Sequence record: DRR378314_462
Reading direction: 5' to 3' (one strand)
Length of the DNA: 64,000 bases
The notes under the pieces were generated by a model. The model saw nothing but the letters and a program-made list of their open reading frames with translations, was not told where the DNA came from and made no database searches. Both the position numbers and the translations under genes were made by a program. Below, in pieces: positions 18,986 through 29,863 of this stretch; the stretch's first letter is position 1, and every line of letters starts with the position of its first letter.

Positions 18986-21283
18986 TTATCCAGCACGTAC
19001 CCGGTCGAGGAAGTTTTTCACCTCTTTATCCAGGTCGCCGACTTCTGAAGTCAGTGACGTTGAAACGTCACGAACCTGTTCTGCGGATTGGCCGGTTGAA
19101 ATGGCCGCCTCGTTCACAGAACCGATATTCTGTGTCACTTCGTTAGTGCTTTGCGCGGCTTGCTGGACGCTGCGACTAATCTCGCCAGTTGCCGCTCCCT
19201 GCTCTTCCACGGCGGACGCGATACCGGCCGCGATTTCATTAATACTGGAAATGATATCCGAGATCCCGCTGATGGCGGATACGGCACCGGTTGTCTCCTC
19301 CTGCACCGCTTTAATCTGGGCGGAGATTTCCTCGGTCGCGCGGGCCGTCTGAGTTGCCAGGTTTTTCACCTCGCTCGCCACAACCGCGAAGCCTTTGCCG
19401 GCATCACCGGCGCGGGCGGCCTCAATAGTCGCGTTGAGTGCCAACAGATTTGTCTGACCGGCAATATCATTGATCAAGCCAACAACATCGCCGATTTTGG
19501 CGGCGGCTTCGTTTAGGCTGGTCACCATTTCATTGGTGCGCGCAGTTTCAGAAACCGCTTCACTTGAAATCGAGGCGGCTTTGCCAACCTGACGACTGAT
19601 TTCATTGATGGAGGATGTCAGCTCTTCTGCGGCGGATGCCACGGAATTCACGCTATTGCTGGCAAGTTCAGACGCACTCGCCACGGCGTTCGAGCGGCTT
19701 GTTGTATCATTTGCCGCTGCAGACATGGTCTGCGAACTTGCTGACATCTGATTAGTCGCTGCCGCAAAGCTTTCCACCAGATGTTTGACACTATTTTCAA
19801 AATCATCCGCCAGTTGGTGCATTTCTGCACGTTTTTGTTCAGCCGCTTCGCGTTCAGCATCTTCACGCTCCTGCCGGGCGCGGTTTTCTGCTTCGCTCGC
19901 CTCTTTTTCATTTTGCAGGCGTTCCTCTTCGCGCAAGCGACGATCTTCTTCGGCCTGCGCCCGAAGCCGCTCGGCTTCTTTGGCATTATCGCGGAAACCG
20001 ATCAACGCATTACCCATTTCCGTGATTTCATCACTACCCCGCACAATGACTTCTGTTTCCAGATTACCACCGGCAATTTCGCGCATATCTTCAACCAATC
20101 GGTTCAAGCGCCGCATCAAATTCCGGCCGACATAAAGCCAGGCAATCAAAAGAGCGGCGACCAAACTGACGAGGGAGATGATGCCCAACTGCATTTTACC
20201 TAAACTGATGCTGGTTGATGCCGCTTCGATTTGCTGATTTGTGCCGGCTTTAATTTCCTGAACAATGGTGTCAATACCGCTCGTAACCTTCGCTACGGAT
20301 TGATTAACCTGAGCAATGATTTTATTGGCTTCATCCATCGTGTTCATATAGCTCATGCGCGATGGGAACAGCCCCACCTGCTCCTTGACAGCCAGATCCA
20401 GCATGGCTTTGGCATGAGAGACAAGCTGCTCTTTACCATCAAAATCCGGGAACATCATCGCCATCCGAAGTCGGGGGCCATATCTGGCAAACTCAATTTC
20501 AATGGCCCGATATCGCTCCAGATCTGATACTGTTGACAGTTTCTGGATCAATGCTGCCGAGATATTAATATCGCTTTGCAGGCCAAGGGCACGGGTCAGT
20601 GTATCAACCTGCTCATCAACAAGCCTAACCACACCTTCCTGGATTTTCGAAATATCTTCTTCAATCTCAAGACCTGCGGCATCGACGCTGATGATCTGTT
20701 GACGGTGATCAATAAACGGTTGAAGAATTTTGTTTACCTCTTCCCGATGACCAGAGATTTCTTCATCAATTTCGCGAGATATTTCATCCAGACCGATACG
20801 GGCAAGCATCAATTTATTGAGACTGGAAATTCCGGATTTCAATTCAGCAACCTGTTCCTGCAAGTCTGCAACGACCCCTGCATCCACATCCAGATTATAC
20901 AGCTCTGAGACACTGGAATTAAGTTCTGCAAGATAGGAATTTGCTTTTAAGCCAGCCGCGCCGACCTCCTGCTTTTTGGTGGCTTTGAGCATATCCGGGG
21001 CAACCGCCGCAATCGATTTGGCGTTGGTTGAAAGAGTTTGCGCCAAGGTCAGCGAATTAATCGAAGAGCTGGTCGTTTTGTTCAATGTCTGACCAAGGCT
21101 GTCAAACAGGATCCAGGCAACCCCACCGGCCGCAACGGTTAGTAAGGCAACCACACCAAAGGCGGCGTAAAGGCGCGTTCGGATACCAAATTTGGTTTTA
21201 GACTTTGTTTCCCCCGCAGTTGAACCCTTTTGTTTTTTTAATTTTGATTTTTTATTTAAAAATGACGGTATTGCGGAAAGCAT
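18986..21283 (-). CDS. Methyl-accepting chemotaxis protein with large helical (TorS-like) periplasmic sensor and HAMP domain
   Basis: Two TMs, HAMP (GSDEITEM), [34 protein letters not shown]. Confidence 0.95.
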   Translation of the reverse strand: MLSAIPSFLNKKSKLKKQKGSTAGETKSKTKFGIRTRLYAAFGVVALLTVAAGGVAWILFDSLGQTLNKTTSSSINSLTLAQTLSTNAKSIAAVAPDMLKATKKQEVGAAGLKANSYLAELNSSVSELYNLDVDAGVVADLQEQVAELKSGISSLNKLMLARIGLDEISREIDEEISGHREEVNKILQPFIDHRQQIISVDAAGLEIEEDISKIQEGVVRLVDEQVDTLTRALGLQSDINISAALIQKLSTVSDLERYRAIEIEFARYGPRLRMAMMFPDFDGKEQLVSHAKAMLDLAVKEQVGLFPSRMSYMNTMDEANKIIAQVNQSVAKVTSGIDTIVQEIKAGTNQQIEAASTSISLGKMQLGIISLVSLVAALLIAWLYVGRNLMRRLNRLVEDMREIAGGNLETEVIVRGSDEITEMGNALIGFRDNAKEAERLRAQAEEDRRLREEERLQNEKEASEAENRARQEREDAEREAAEQKRAEMHQLADDFENSVKHLVESFAAATNQMSASSQTMSAAANDTTSRSNAVASASELASNSVNSVASAAEELTSSINEISRQVGKAASISSEAVSETARTNEMVTSLNEAAAKIGDVVGLINDIAGQTNLLALNATIEAARAGDAGKGFAVVASEVKNLATQTARATEEISAQIKAVQEETTGAVSAISGISDIISSINEIAAGIASAVEEQGAATGEISRSVQQAAQSTNEVTQNIGSVNEAAISTGQSAEQVRDVSTSLTSEVGDLDKEVKNFLDRVRAG

Positions 21284-21378
21284 CTGAACCCCCAGTTGTC
21301 CTATTACGAAATCACTACTTTGGGGAGAAACTAGATTCTAATCCTTACCAATTGGTTCACAAACTGACATTTAGACAG

Positions 21379-21408
21379 AAAAAAAGCCCGGCTTAAAAAC
21401 CGGGCTTT
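21379..21408 (-). terminator. Rho-independent terminator of the ABC transporter operon
   Basis: AAAGCCCGG..CCGGGCTTT stem followed by a T-run on the minus strand. Confidence 0.8.
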
Positions 21409-21429
21409 CCTCCAACTATATATTAGTTA

Positions 21430-22620
21430 TCAATAAGATACAGGCTGTATCAACTTCCATTTGTCACCCTGTACCTGGAATAACTTGGCGCTGTTGCGCT
21501 CGTCTGGGCCGATATGATCATCCGGACCAAAGGAGATTGGCGCACTACCAAAGATTGAAGGATATTCCTTAATGCTTTCAATCGCTTTACCAACAGATTC
21601 AGCGGTTGGATCTTTACCTGCTTTTTCCAGTGCGATCCCCAGAACATGCATCAGGTCATACCCTGCGATGGATTGCAGAACAGCTGTCTTATCAAACCGT
21701 TTTTTATAAGCGTCCATCCAGGCTTTCACCTCATCCGTAGCGTCTTCATAGTAAGGAATTGGCGTTTGGCCCGTACCGTAAAGACCTTCTGTCAGGCCTT
21801 TGGCCAGGATGATGTTTTCTGGAACATACCCAGCTGAACTGACAATAAATTTGGCATCGTAGCCAATTTTCTTGGCAGTACCCATGCTGCCAATTGTCTC
21901 CCCAATGATGGTGCCAAGACAAACAAGTTCAGCGCCACCAGATTTCAGTTTAGCAATCTGTGAGGAGAAGTCTTTTGATCCGCGCTTGAAGTTGGTTTTA
22001 ATAACTTCTGGAAGACCCATGGCTTTTGCCTGAGCTTCGCAGCCGTTCAGAACGTTTTTGCCGAAATCATCGTCCTGATACAGAACACCGATTTGCTTGA
22101 TACCTTCTTTTTCAACAAAATATTTAACGGCGGCCCGCATCTGATCGTCATAAGGTGTAAACATGCCAAATTTCAACGGATGATGCGGCTCATACATTTC
22201 CCGCGCAGCTGTTACCGGGAAAATATTCAACACGTCCATTTTCAACGCCCGTGGCATTGTCACCATGTTTGGCGGCGTGCCCAATGGCCCGACCAGGGCA
22301 AAGACCTTATCTCTTCTCAGCAATTTATCACCAGCCTGGGCCGCTTTATTCTGCTGATAGGCACTATCTTCAACGATCAGTTCAATCTCACGACCGTGAA
22401 TACCGCCTTTGGCGTTGATTTCTTCAACTGCCATGCGCATGCCGTTTGTGACCGGAACACCCCACAGCGCAACCTGACCAGATAAAGGCTGATGAGAGCC
22501 AAGGACGATTTTATCATCATGTATACCCTGAGTCGCTTTGGCACTCCCTGTTACCGCCAGTGATGCAGCAAGCGCTGCAGCAACCGACAATCCAAAACGG
22601 ACAAAAGTTCTTCTTTTCAT
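21430..22620 (-). CDS. ABC transporter substrate-binding protein (LivK/HAAT family)
   Basis: Start MKRRTFVRFG (Tat-like RR) with GGGAGG SD; GGIHGREIELIVED, YQDDDFG, DFSSQIAKLK. Confidence 0.92.
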   Translation of the reverse strand: MKRRTFVRFGLSVAAALAASLAVTGSAKATQGIHDDKIVLGSHQPLSGQVALWGVPVTNGMRMAVEEINAKGGIHGREIELIVEDSAYQQNKAAQAGDKLLRRDKVFALVGPLGTPPNMVTMPRALKMDVLNIFPVTAAREMYEPHHPLKFGMFTPYDDQMRAAVKYFVEKEGIKQIGVLYQDDDFGKNVLNGCEAQAKAMGLPEVIKTNFKRGSKDFSSQIAKLKSGGAELVCLGTIIGETIGSMGTAKKIGYDAKFIVSSAGYVPENIILAKGLTEGLYGTGQTPIPYYEDATDEVKAWMDAYKKRFDKTAVLQSIAGYDLMHVLGIALEKAGKDPTAESVGKAIESIKEYPSIFGSAPISFGPDDHIGPDERNSAKLFQVQGDKWKLIQPVSY

Positions 22621-22701
22621 CTTTTTCCTCCCGTTGGCAATTTCTGCCTTCCTAATATACGTGGTAATGCGGTTAAGTCCAATCAAGCTCCCAACAGCCG
22701 A

Positions 22702-24531
22702 TCAGTACATAGTATCAATCAGTTCCTTATATTTTGCATTCACGAATGAGCGTTTCAGCTTCATGGTGGGTGTCAGTTCATCATCCTCCGCCGTCAGGAT
22801 CTCATCAATCAGGCGGAACTTTTTGATCGTCTCCACCTGGGCGAAGTTCTTGTTGACCCGTTCAATCTCACTCCAGATCAGCTCTTCCACTTCTGTCGCC
22901 TGACAGAGGCTTTTGAAATTGGTAAAGGGGACGTCCCGGTCCTGCGCAAATTTCTCCACATTTTCCTGATCAATCATGACAAGGCAGGTCAGATATTTCC
23001 GCTTATCACCAATGACCACTGTGTCAGAAATGTAGGGGCTGAACTTCAGCTGGTTCTCAATTTCCGAAGGCGTAATATTCTTGCCGCCCGCGGTAATGAT
23101 AATGTCCTTCATGCGGTCTGTGATCTTCACGAAGCCTTCGTTATCCACATAACCAACGTCACCAGTATGCAACCATCCATCAACCACTGTTTCTTCAGTT
23201 TTTTTCGGCTGATTGAGATAACCCATGAAGATATGCGGCCCTTTCAGAAGAATTTCGCCCTCGTCTGAGATGGAGATTTCTGTGTTTGGAGCTGCGACAC
23301 CAACGGTTCCCAGTTTGAACTTGCCGTCCAGATTGGTCGTCGCCAGACCCACATTCTCCGTCTGGCCATAAATCTCATACATATTGAGACCCAACGCCTG
23401 ATACCATTTAATCAGATCCGGCGAGATGGGTGCGGCGCCCGAGCCCAGATAATGCGCTTTATCCAACCCCAACAGTCGTTTTATATTTTTGAGAACAAGA
23501 AAATCAGCCAACCAGAATTTGGCCTTCAGCATAGCGTTCGGCTCTTTGCCTTCCAGTTTGCATTCTGCCAACTGGTACCCAACCCCGATGGCCGCCTTAT
23601 AGGCCAGTTGCTGCAGCTTCGTTGCGTCGCTCAATTGCAGGGAAATTCCCGAATAGAACTTTTCCCAAATCCGTGGGACCGCAAAGAAAATGGTGGGAGA
23701 AACCTCCCGGATATTCTCCGGAACCGTATCCAGTTGCTCGACAAAATTGACAATGGTGCCGGCAAAAAGCGGTAGGAAGATTGTAAAAGATCGCTCTGCA
23801 ATATGGCACAGCGGCAGGAAGGACAATTGCTCATCTTCCGGGCCGAACCCAATAATCGGTGTCAGATTGGATATCTGAAACATCAGGTTACGATGAGAAA
23901 TCATCGCCCCTTTGGGCGGACCGGTTGTACCGGATGTATAGATCAGGATTGCCAGGTCATCAGGCTTCGAAAGAGCGATGGCCTCTTCCCAAAAGCTCGG
24001 GTTTTCCTGATGATAGGCTTCACCCTGTTTATAAAGCTCATCGATGCTGATAACCATATCGTCATCAAAATCACGGAGCCCCTCCATATCCAGAACAATG
24101 ATTTTCCGAAGGTCCGGCAACTGATCGCGAACCTCCAGAAGTTTGTCCAGTTGCTCTTCATTCTCGGCGACGAAATAGCGGGTATCGGAATCCTTGCACA
24201 GATACTCAACCTGCTTGGAGCTGTCCGTGGTGTATACCCCATTACTGACGCCACCAACGGCGAGAATACCCATATCAAAGAACAGCCATTCCTTGTTATT
24301 GTCACTGAGGATGGAGACGGTCTCGCCGCGCTGCAAACCCATTGAGACCAAACCAAGTCCAATAGCCTGCGCTTTGGCGCCATACTCCTCCCAGGTAATA
24401 CTTCGCCAGATCCCGAGATCCTTCTCCCGCAAGGCGATTTTTTGGTCATACTGCTTGACCCGTTTCCAGAACAGTTTCGCAGTGGTATCTGCGCCATCAA
24501 TAACAGTTGGTGGATAAACTATTGCGTTCAT
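22702..24531 (-). CDS. Long-chain fatty acid-CoA ligase (AMP-dependent)
   Basis: YTSGTTGPPKG, YGQTE, TGDVG, DRMKDIIITAGGKNI, ELTPTMKLKR; SD before ATG 24531. Confidence 0.93.
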   Translation of the reverse strand: MNAIVYPPTVIDGADTTAKLFWKRVKQYDQKIALREKDLGIWRSITWEEYGAKAQAIGLGLVSMGLQRGETVSILSDNNKEWLFFDMGILAVGGVSNGVYTTDSSKQVEYLCKDSDTRYFVAENEEQLDKLLEVRDQLPDLRKIIVLDMEGLRDFDDDMVISIDELYKQGEAYHQENPSFWEEAIALSKPDDLAILIYTSGTTGPPKGAMISHRNLMFQISNLTPIIGFGPEDEQLSFLPLCHIAERSFTIFLPLFAGTIVNFVEQLDTVPENIREVSPTIFFAVPRIWEKFYSGISLQLSDATKLQQLAYKAAIGVGYQLAECKLEGKEPNAMLKAKFWLADFLVLKNIKRLLGLDKAHYLGSGAAPISPDLIKWYQALGLNMYEIYGQTENVGLATTNLDGKFKLGTVGVAAPNTEISISDEGEILLKGPHIFMGYLNQPKKTEETVVDGWLHTGDVGYVDNEGFVKITDRMKDIIITAGGKNITPSEIENQLKFSPYISDTVVIGDKRKYLTCLVMIDQENVEKFAQDRDVPFTNFKSLCQATEVEELIWSEIERVNKNFAQVETIKKFRLIDEILTAEDDELTPTMKLKRSFVNAKYKELIDTMY

Positions 24532-24555
24532 CACTTTTCCTCCCATTTGACCGGC

Positions 24556-25329
24556 TTATCGCCAGGTCTTGCGTTTTTTCCAACGCCGTTTTCCACGCAC
24601 ACCCTCATCCTGCATTCCCAGGTAAAACTCCTGGATATCTTCTTTGGCGAGCAGGTTTTCCGTGGTGTCTTCCATAACGATCCGGCCGACTTCCAGCACA
24701 TAACCAAAATCAGCCGTATGCAGCGCGATATTAGCATTTTGCTCAACCAGCAGCATGGTCATGCCCCGTTCCACATTCAGGCGCTTGATAATCGCAAAAA
24801 TCTCTTTTACCAGAAGCGGACTGAGGCCCAGGCTTGGCTCATCCAGAAGCATCACCTTGGGCCGAGCCATCATTGCCCGGCTGATCGCCAGCATCTGCTG
24901 CTCACCGCCGGAAAGCTGTCCTGCCGGTTGGTCCCCCCGCTCTTTCAGGATAGGGAAATAGCTGTGAACCAGTTCAATATCCCGCGCGATTTCGTCCTTG
25001 TCCTTGCGCGTATAGGCCCCCATCAGCAGGTTATCTTTGACACTGAGGAAGGGGAACACCTCCCGCCCTTCGGGAACATGACTGAGCCCCTGGCGCATGA
25101 TCCAGTCCGGATCATTTTTCTGGATTTCTTTGCCATCAAAGGTGACGGAGCCTTTCTGCGGATCCATGACGCCACTGATGGTTTTCAAAATGGTTGTCTT
25201 GCCGGCCCCGTTAGCGCCCAAAACAGTGACGATTTTCCCTTCCTGAACGTCAAGGGAGACACCGCGGATCGCCATGATGGGGCCGTAATAGGTCTCAATA
25301 TTCCGGACTTTCAGAATTGCATCGCTCAT
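24556..25329 (-). CDS. livF: ABC transporter ATP-binding protein (LivF-like)
   Basis: GANGAGKT, LSGGEQQMLA, LLDEPSLGL, VEQN. Confidence 0.92.
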   Translation of the reverse strand: MSDAILKVRNIETYYGPIMAIRGVSLDVQEGKIVTVLGANGAGKTTILKTISGVMDPQKGSVTFDGKEIQKNDPDWIMRQGLSHVPEGREVFPFLSVKDNLLMGAYTRKDKDEIARDIELVHSYFPILKERGDQPAGQLSGGEQQMLAISRAMMARPKVMLLDEPSLGLSPLLVKEIFAIIKRLNVERGMTMLLVEQNANIALHTADFGYVLEVGRIVMEDTTENLLAKEDIQEFYLGMQDEGVRGKRRWKKRKTWR

Positions 25330-25331
25330 AA

Positions 25332-26090
25332 TCAGCCCCCCAGATATGCTTTGATAACTTCAGGATCCCGCTGAACCTCCGCTGCCGTGCCAAAGGCAAG
25401 CATGCGGCCGTAGTTCAGAACCAGAACCCGATCGGAGACCTGAGAGACAAGCCCCATGTCATGTTCCACCATCAACACGGTAATGCCCAGATCCTTCTTA
25501 ATATCCTCAATCCAGAAGGCCATGTCCTGAGTTTCCTCAACATTCAGGCCCGAGGAAGGTTCATCCAACAGGATCAGTTTAGGCTCCGTACATAATGCAC
25601 GGCCAAGCTCAACCACCTTGCGCACCCCATAGGGCAGATTCATGATCAGGCTTTCCCGATAATGCTGCAGATCCAGAAAATCGATCACTTCCTCCACCTT
25701 TTCCCGATGGGCAAGCTCGTTCTTGCGAACGGAGGGAAGAAACAGACCTTCCTTCCAGACAGAGCGTTTGGTATGGCAGTGACGGCCTACCAGCAGGTTC
25801 TGCAACACCGAGGCGTGCTCAAACAGTTCGATATTCTGAAATGTCCGGGCAATACCAAGACCGGCAATATCGTAGGGCGGAACAGCCGTTATATCCTCTC
25901 CATTGAAGGTCATTTTCCCTTCGCTGGCATCGTAAATCCGGCTGATCAGGTTGAAGATGGTGGTTTTGCCGGCACCGTTCGGACCGATGATTGTAAAACA
26001 TTCACCTTCCTTGATGTCAAAATTTACACCATCGACGGCTTTCACGCCACCAAAGTTGATGGCCAGGTTTTCTGCGGTAAACAGGCTCAT
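25332..26090 (-). CDS. livG: ABC transporter ATP-binding protein (LivG-like)
   Basis: GPNGAGKTT, GIARTFQN, LLDEPSSG, VEHDM, VIKAYLG. Confidence 0.92.
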   Translation of the reverse strand: MSLFTAENLAINFGGVKAVDGVNFDIKEGECFTIIGPNGAGKTTIFNLISRIYDASEGKMTFNGEDITAVPPYDIAGLGIARTFQNIELFEHASVLQNLLVGRHCHTKRSVWKEGLFLPSVRKNELAHREKVEEVIDFLDLQHYRESLIMNLPYGVRKVVELGRALCTEPKLILLDEPSSGLNVEETQDMAFWIEDIKKDLGITVLMVEHDMGLVSQVSDRVLVLNYGRMLAFGTAAEVQRDPEVIKAYLGG

Positions 26091-27196
26091 TTCAACCTCT
26101 CTGACTTCATATAGGATTTCTGGCGTTTAAAGGTGGCTTTCTTATAAAGTGGGAACATCTGGAAATAGAGTTTCACTTTCAGCCAACGGCCATAAATCCC
26201 GTGAGGTTCAAAGATGACAAAGAGCACCAGGATAAGCCCGAAGATAAACGGCTCCAGTCCTGGCGTTTCCGCAATTTCAACAGGCAGATAGTCTTTCATG
26301 ATGGCCAATGCCTGCGGCAGTGCCAACACGAACATAGCCCCGAAAATGGCCCCATGGATGGAACCAAGTCCACCCACAACCACCAGCACCAGCAGCTCAA
26401 GCGACTGGAAGATGGTAAAGCTTTCCGGAGACAGGAAGCCCAACTTATGTGCAAAAAGAGCACCAGCAAGACCGGTTATACCCGCACTTAAGGCAAACGC
26501 CGTGGTTTTCACCATGGTCAGATTAACCCCCATACTCTGGGCAGAGATTTCTGAATCCCGGATCGCCATCATGGCCCGCCCGGTAGGCGAGCGCAGAAGG
26601 TTCAGCGTAAAGAGAATACAGGCAATCAGAACACCAAGCGCCAGATAGTAAAAGGGTGTCCCCTCCGTCAGGGTGAAATCACCAAACTCGATATATTCAA
26701 CCAGCAGGCCGGAATATCCGTTAGTAACACTTTCCCAGCGCGAGAAAATCTCTTCGACCACAATGGCAAAGGCAAACGTGGCAATCGCAAGATAGATCCC
26801 CGTCAGGCGCAAAGCCGGTATACCGATGATGATCCCGGCAACAGCAGCCAGGATCCCGGCAAGCGGGAAGGAAAGGAAAAAGGAAAAGACAATTGGCTCT
26901 TCCATGAAAGGCAGGCTGAGACCGCTACCGGTCAGGACCGCCTCTGTATAGGCGCCAATTCCGAAAAACGCCGCATGGCCAAGGCTGACCTGTCCTGTGT
27001 AACCGGAGAGCAGCATCAAGCCCACACCCGCAGTTGCCACGATATAAAGCTGCGTCATCTGACCGACATAGTAATCATCGAGCAGAAACGGCACCAGCAT
27101 CACCGCAATCAGCAACAAGCCATAAGACCAGTAATAACCGGAATGCTTTGCCAGACGGAGGTCCTGATCATAATCAGTTTTAAATAAGAAACGCAT
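26087..27196 (-). CDS. livM: ABC transporter permease (LivM-like)
   Basis: GYTGQVSLGHAAF, LRLTGIYLAIAT, SPTGRAMMAIRD. Confidence 0.92.
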   Translation of the reverse strand: MRFLFKTDYDQDLRLAKHSGYYWSYGLLLIAVMLVPFLLDDYYVGQMTQLYIVATAGVGLMLLSGYTGQVSLGHAAFFGIGAYTEAVLTGSGLSLPFMEEPIVFSFFLSFPLAGILAAVAGIIIGIPALRLTGIYLAIATFAFAIVVEEIFSRWESVTNGYSGLLVEYIEFGDFTLTEGTPFYYLALGVLIACILFTLNLLRSPTGRAMMAIRDSEISAQSMGVNLTMVKTTAFALSAGITGLAGALFAHKLGFLSPESFTIFQSLELLVLVVVGGLGSIHGAIFGAMFVLALPQALAIMKDYLPVEIAETPGLEPFIFGLILVLFVIFEPHGIYGRWLKVKLYFQMFPLYKKATFKRQKSYMKSERLK

Positions 27197-27198
27197 GA

Positions 27199-28092
27199 TT
27201 ACACCCTCTTCCCTGTTTTCTCACCGAACAGGCCTTGAGGTCTCACGACCAGAACAATCAACAACACCAAATAAGCCGCGACATTTTTAAATCCGGGCGG
27301 CAGATAGAAGCCGGCCAGGGTTTCGATAATGCCGATAATCAAGCCACCGACAACAGCACCAGGAATGGATCCGAACCCGCCCAGAACGGCGGCTGGAAAG
27401 GCTTTTAGTCCGATAAAGCCCATGCTTGTATCAATAAGGGTGGTGGGTGCGAGAAGAATTCCTGCCGCTGCGGCAACCGCTGCACTAATGCCCCAGATCA
27501 TCGAGAAAACCGATTTCACCGGAATGCCCATGTAATAAGAGGCAAGCTGGTTCTGAGACGATGCCTGCATGGCAAGACCGAGTTTGGTATAGGTAAAGAA
27601 CGCATACAAAACGGCGCAGAAAAGAATTGTGGCGATGATCACCGAAAGATCCGTCTGGGAAATCACGAGCGTTCCCATGGATTCCGGAATTAACGCCATC
27701 CCCTCGCTAGAGAAGGGAGTGGAAATCGCGTAAGTTTCGGTTCCCCATCCGGGCACCATACCCGCCACGCTTCGGGCGATATAGCCAAACCCGATGGTCA
27801 CCAGAACAATCGCAAATTGCGGCTGACCCAGTACAGGTCGCAAAATCACCCGATCCACCATGTTGCCAACGACAAACATGCACGCGATCGCAGCTGCGGC
27901 CCCTACCCAGTAATTCCAGCCTAAAATTGAAATGAATGTGTAGGCAAAAAACGCACCGAGCATCAAGAGCTCACCCTGCGCAAAATTGACTACCTCTGTT
28001 GCTTTGTAGATCAATACGAAGCCGAGTGCGACCAGAGCATAGATGCATCCGATTGAAACTCCGCCTATGACCAACTGTAAAAACTCTAACAG
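27199..28092 (-). CDS. livH: ABC transporter permease (LivH-like); probable CTG start at 28092 (ORF track uses TTG 28074)
   Basis: YALVALGFVLIYKATEVVNFAQG, AAVLGGFGS; GGGGAGG SD lies 5 nt before the in-frame CTG. Confidence 0.9.
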   Translation of the reverse strand: MLEFLQLVIGGVSIGCIYALVALGFVLIYKATEVVNFAQGELLMLGAFFAYTFISILGWNYWVGAAAAIACMFVVGNMVDRVILRPVLGQPQFAIVLVTIGFGYIARSVAGMVPGWGTETYAISTPFSSEGMALIPESMGTLVISQTDLSVIIATILFCAVLYAFFTYTKLGLAMQASSQNQLASYYMGIPVKSVFSMIWGISAAVAAAAGILLAPTTLIDTSMGFIGLKAFPAAVLGGFGSIPGAVVGGLIIGIIETLAGFYLPPGFKNVAAYLVLLIVLVVRPQGLFGEKTGKRV

Positions 28093-28178
28093 AACGGCCT
28101 CCCCTATTTCGTCCGACAGTTATTTTTTAATTTCTGAAAGGCCACACGTTATTCGGACATGTGTAGCCCTTGGTTAAA

Positions 28179-28208
28179 ACTATAGGCAGGCATTTATTTT
28201 AGCGTCAA
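28179..28208 (-). promoter_or_regulatory. Putative sigma70 promoter of the liv/ligase operon
   Basis: Minus strand TTGACG-N18-TATAGT, about 85 nt upstream of livH. Confidence 0.55.
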
Positions 28209-28642
28209 CAGTAAAAAAACATTCTATTCCGAATTCTTTTTCGCAACTGCACAATAAATTAAATAATACTATTAAAAATCCGGAATTTAATTCTAATATA
28301 TACTTATTGCACCAAGTATAAGAGTTGATTTTTAATTAAATATTAATATTTTTTACAATTAGAATTGCAAGAAAATTTACTTTACTTATATTAATATTCA
28401 ACTGTTTAAAGTAAACCTTCCAAATAATCGATAAGTTCTATATTTAGGACTATCTAAATTACTGAATTTTCATCATTTTTTTCTATATATGTCTTTTTTT
28501 TCTGTTTTATTGACCAGTGAATAATGTAAGAATTTTTCGAAATTCAATTTTGTTTTGGTCTGTTAGGTTTAAAAAAACAAACGCTTGGTGTTAGATTCTT
28601 CATCCCGGCTGATCAGAAACTAAAAAAGAAACGGAAACCGCC

Positions 28643-29542
28643 ATGAGCCCGACTTTAAAATTCAACAAAGACCTTGAGTTTGAATATGGAGAGATCAGTG
28701 AGCTGAGCCCCCTGATCCGCCGTGTCGTGGCGAAAAACCCCAGCGCCTTCACCCTTCATGGCACCGGAACCTACATCATTGGTCGGGGTCAGAATGTCGC
28801 CGTTATCGACCCCGGTCCCGCCGATGACGCCCATATCGACGCAATCCTCAAGGCAACCAAAGGAGAGACGATCACCCATATCCTGATCACCCACACCCAT
28901 ATGGATCACTCCCCCGGCGCGGCCCCTTTGAAAGCGAAGACGGGTGCCCCGACGTTCGGCTTTGGCCCGCATGGCAGCGGTAAACCAGGGATGAAACCCG
29001 AAGAAGACGGCGATATGCAGTTCAAACCGGATGTCTATTTAAAAGATGGAGATCTTGTCCAGACCGATGACTGGACCGTGCGCGCCATTCATACACCGGG
29101 ACACCTGTCCAACCATCTGTGTTTTGAGCTGGTAGAGGAGAAAACCCTGTTCTCTGGCGATCATGTTATGGGTTGGTCCACGTCGATTGTGTCCCCCCCG
29201 GATGGGGACATGCAGCAATATCTGGACAGTCTGGCCAAGTTGCTGGATTTTGATCATGACCGCTATTGGCCAACCCACGGCCCGGCGATTGACAATCCCA
29301 AAGATCATGTCCAGGGCCTGATCAATCACCGTCACAGCCGCATGAACCAGATCCGCACCTGCCTGAAAGAAGGCCCTGCAAGCATCCCTGAGATGGTCAA
29401 GAAAATGTATACGGATGTGCCCGAATATCTGCATCCGGCGGCGGCCCGGTCCGTCTATTCCCATATCATTTTAATGGTCGAAACGGGCGAGGTTGCAACA
29501 GATGGTGATTTACGGGTGAGCTCAACCTATCGACTGATCTAG
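28643..29542 (+). CDS. MBL-fold metallo-hydrolase (LACTB2-like)
   Basis: THTHMDHSPG, HTPGHLSNH, FSGDHVMGWST, PTHG. Confidence 0.92.
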   Translation: MSPTLKFNKDLEFEYGEISELSPLIRRVVAKNPSAFTLHGTGTYIIGRGQNVAVIDPGPADDAHIDAILKATKGETITHILITHTHMDHSPGAAPLKAKTGAPTFGFGPHGSGKPGMKPEEDGDMQFKPDVYLKDGDLVQTDDWTVRAIHTPGHLSNHLCFELVEEKTLFSGDHVMGWSTSIVSPPDGDMQQYLDSLAKLLDFDHDRYWPTHGPAIDNPKDHVQGLINHRHSRMNQIRTCLKEGPASIPEMVKKMYTDVPEYLHPAAARSVYSHIILMVETGEVATDGDLRVSSTYRLI

Positions 29543-29545
29543 ACG

Positions 29546-29863
29546 TCAGGGGCTGGCAACCTTCATCAGAACCAGCCCCGAGACAATCAAACCCGCAGCC
29601 GCCAGACGCATCAGGTTAGCCGGCTCATCCATCAGGATCATCCCGATCAGAAAGGTGCCGACAGCGCCAATTCCCGTCCAGATCATATAGGCTGTTCCAA
29701 GCGGGATGGTCCGAAGAGCCGCGGCAAGAAGCCAGAAACTTGCGGACATTGAAATGAGTGTGACAAGCGAGGGGAACAGACGGCTAAATCCAAGCGACTG
29801 TTTCATGGAATAGGCCCAGATGATCTCTAGAATTCCGGCGAAAAATAAATAATACCAGGCCAT
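29546..29863 (-). CDS. sugE: SMR family guanidinium exporter Gdx/SugE (105 aa)
   Basis: MAWYYLFFAGILEIIWA, PLGTAYMIWTGIGAVG; SD before ATG 29863; upstream guanidine riboswitch. Confidence 0.92.
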   Translation of the reverse strand: MAWYYLFFAGILEIIWAYSMKQSLGFSRLFPSLVTLISMSASFWLLAAALRTIPLGTAYMIWTGIGAVGTFLIGMILMDEPANLMRLAAAGLIVSGLVLMKVASP

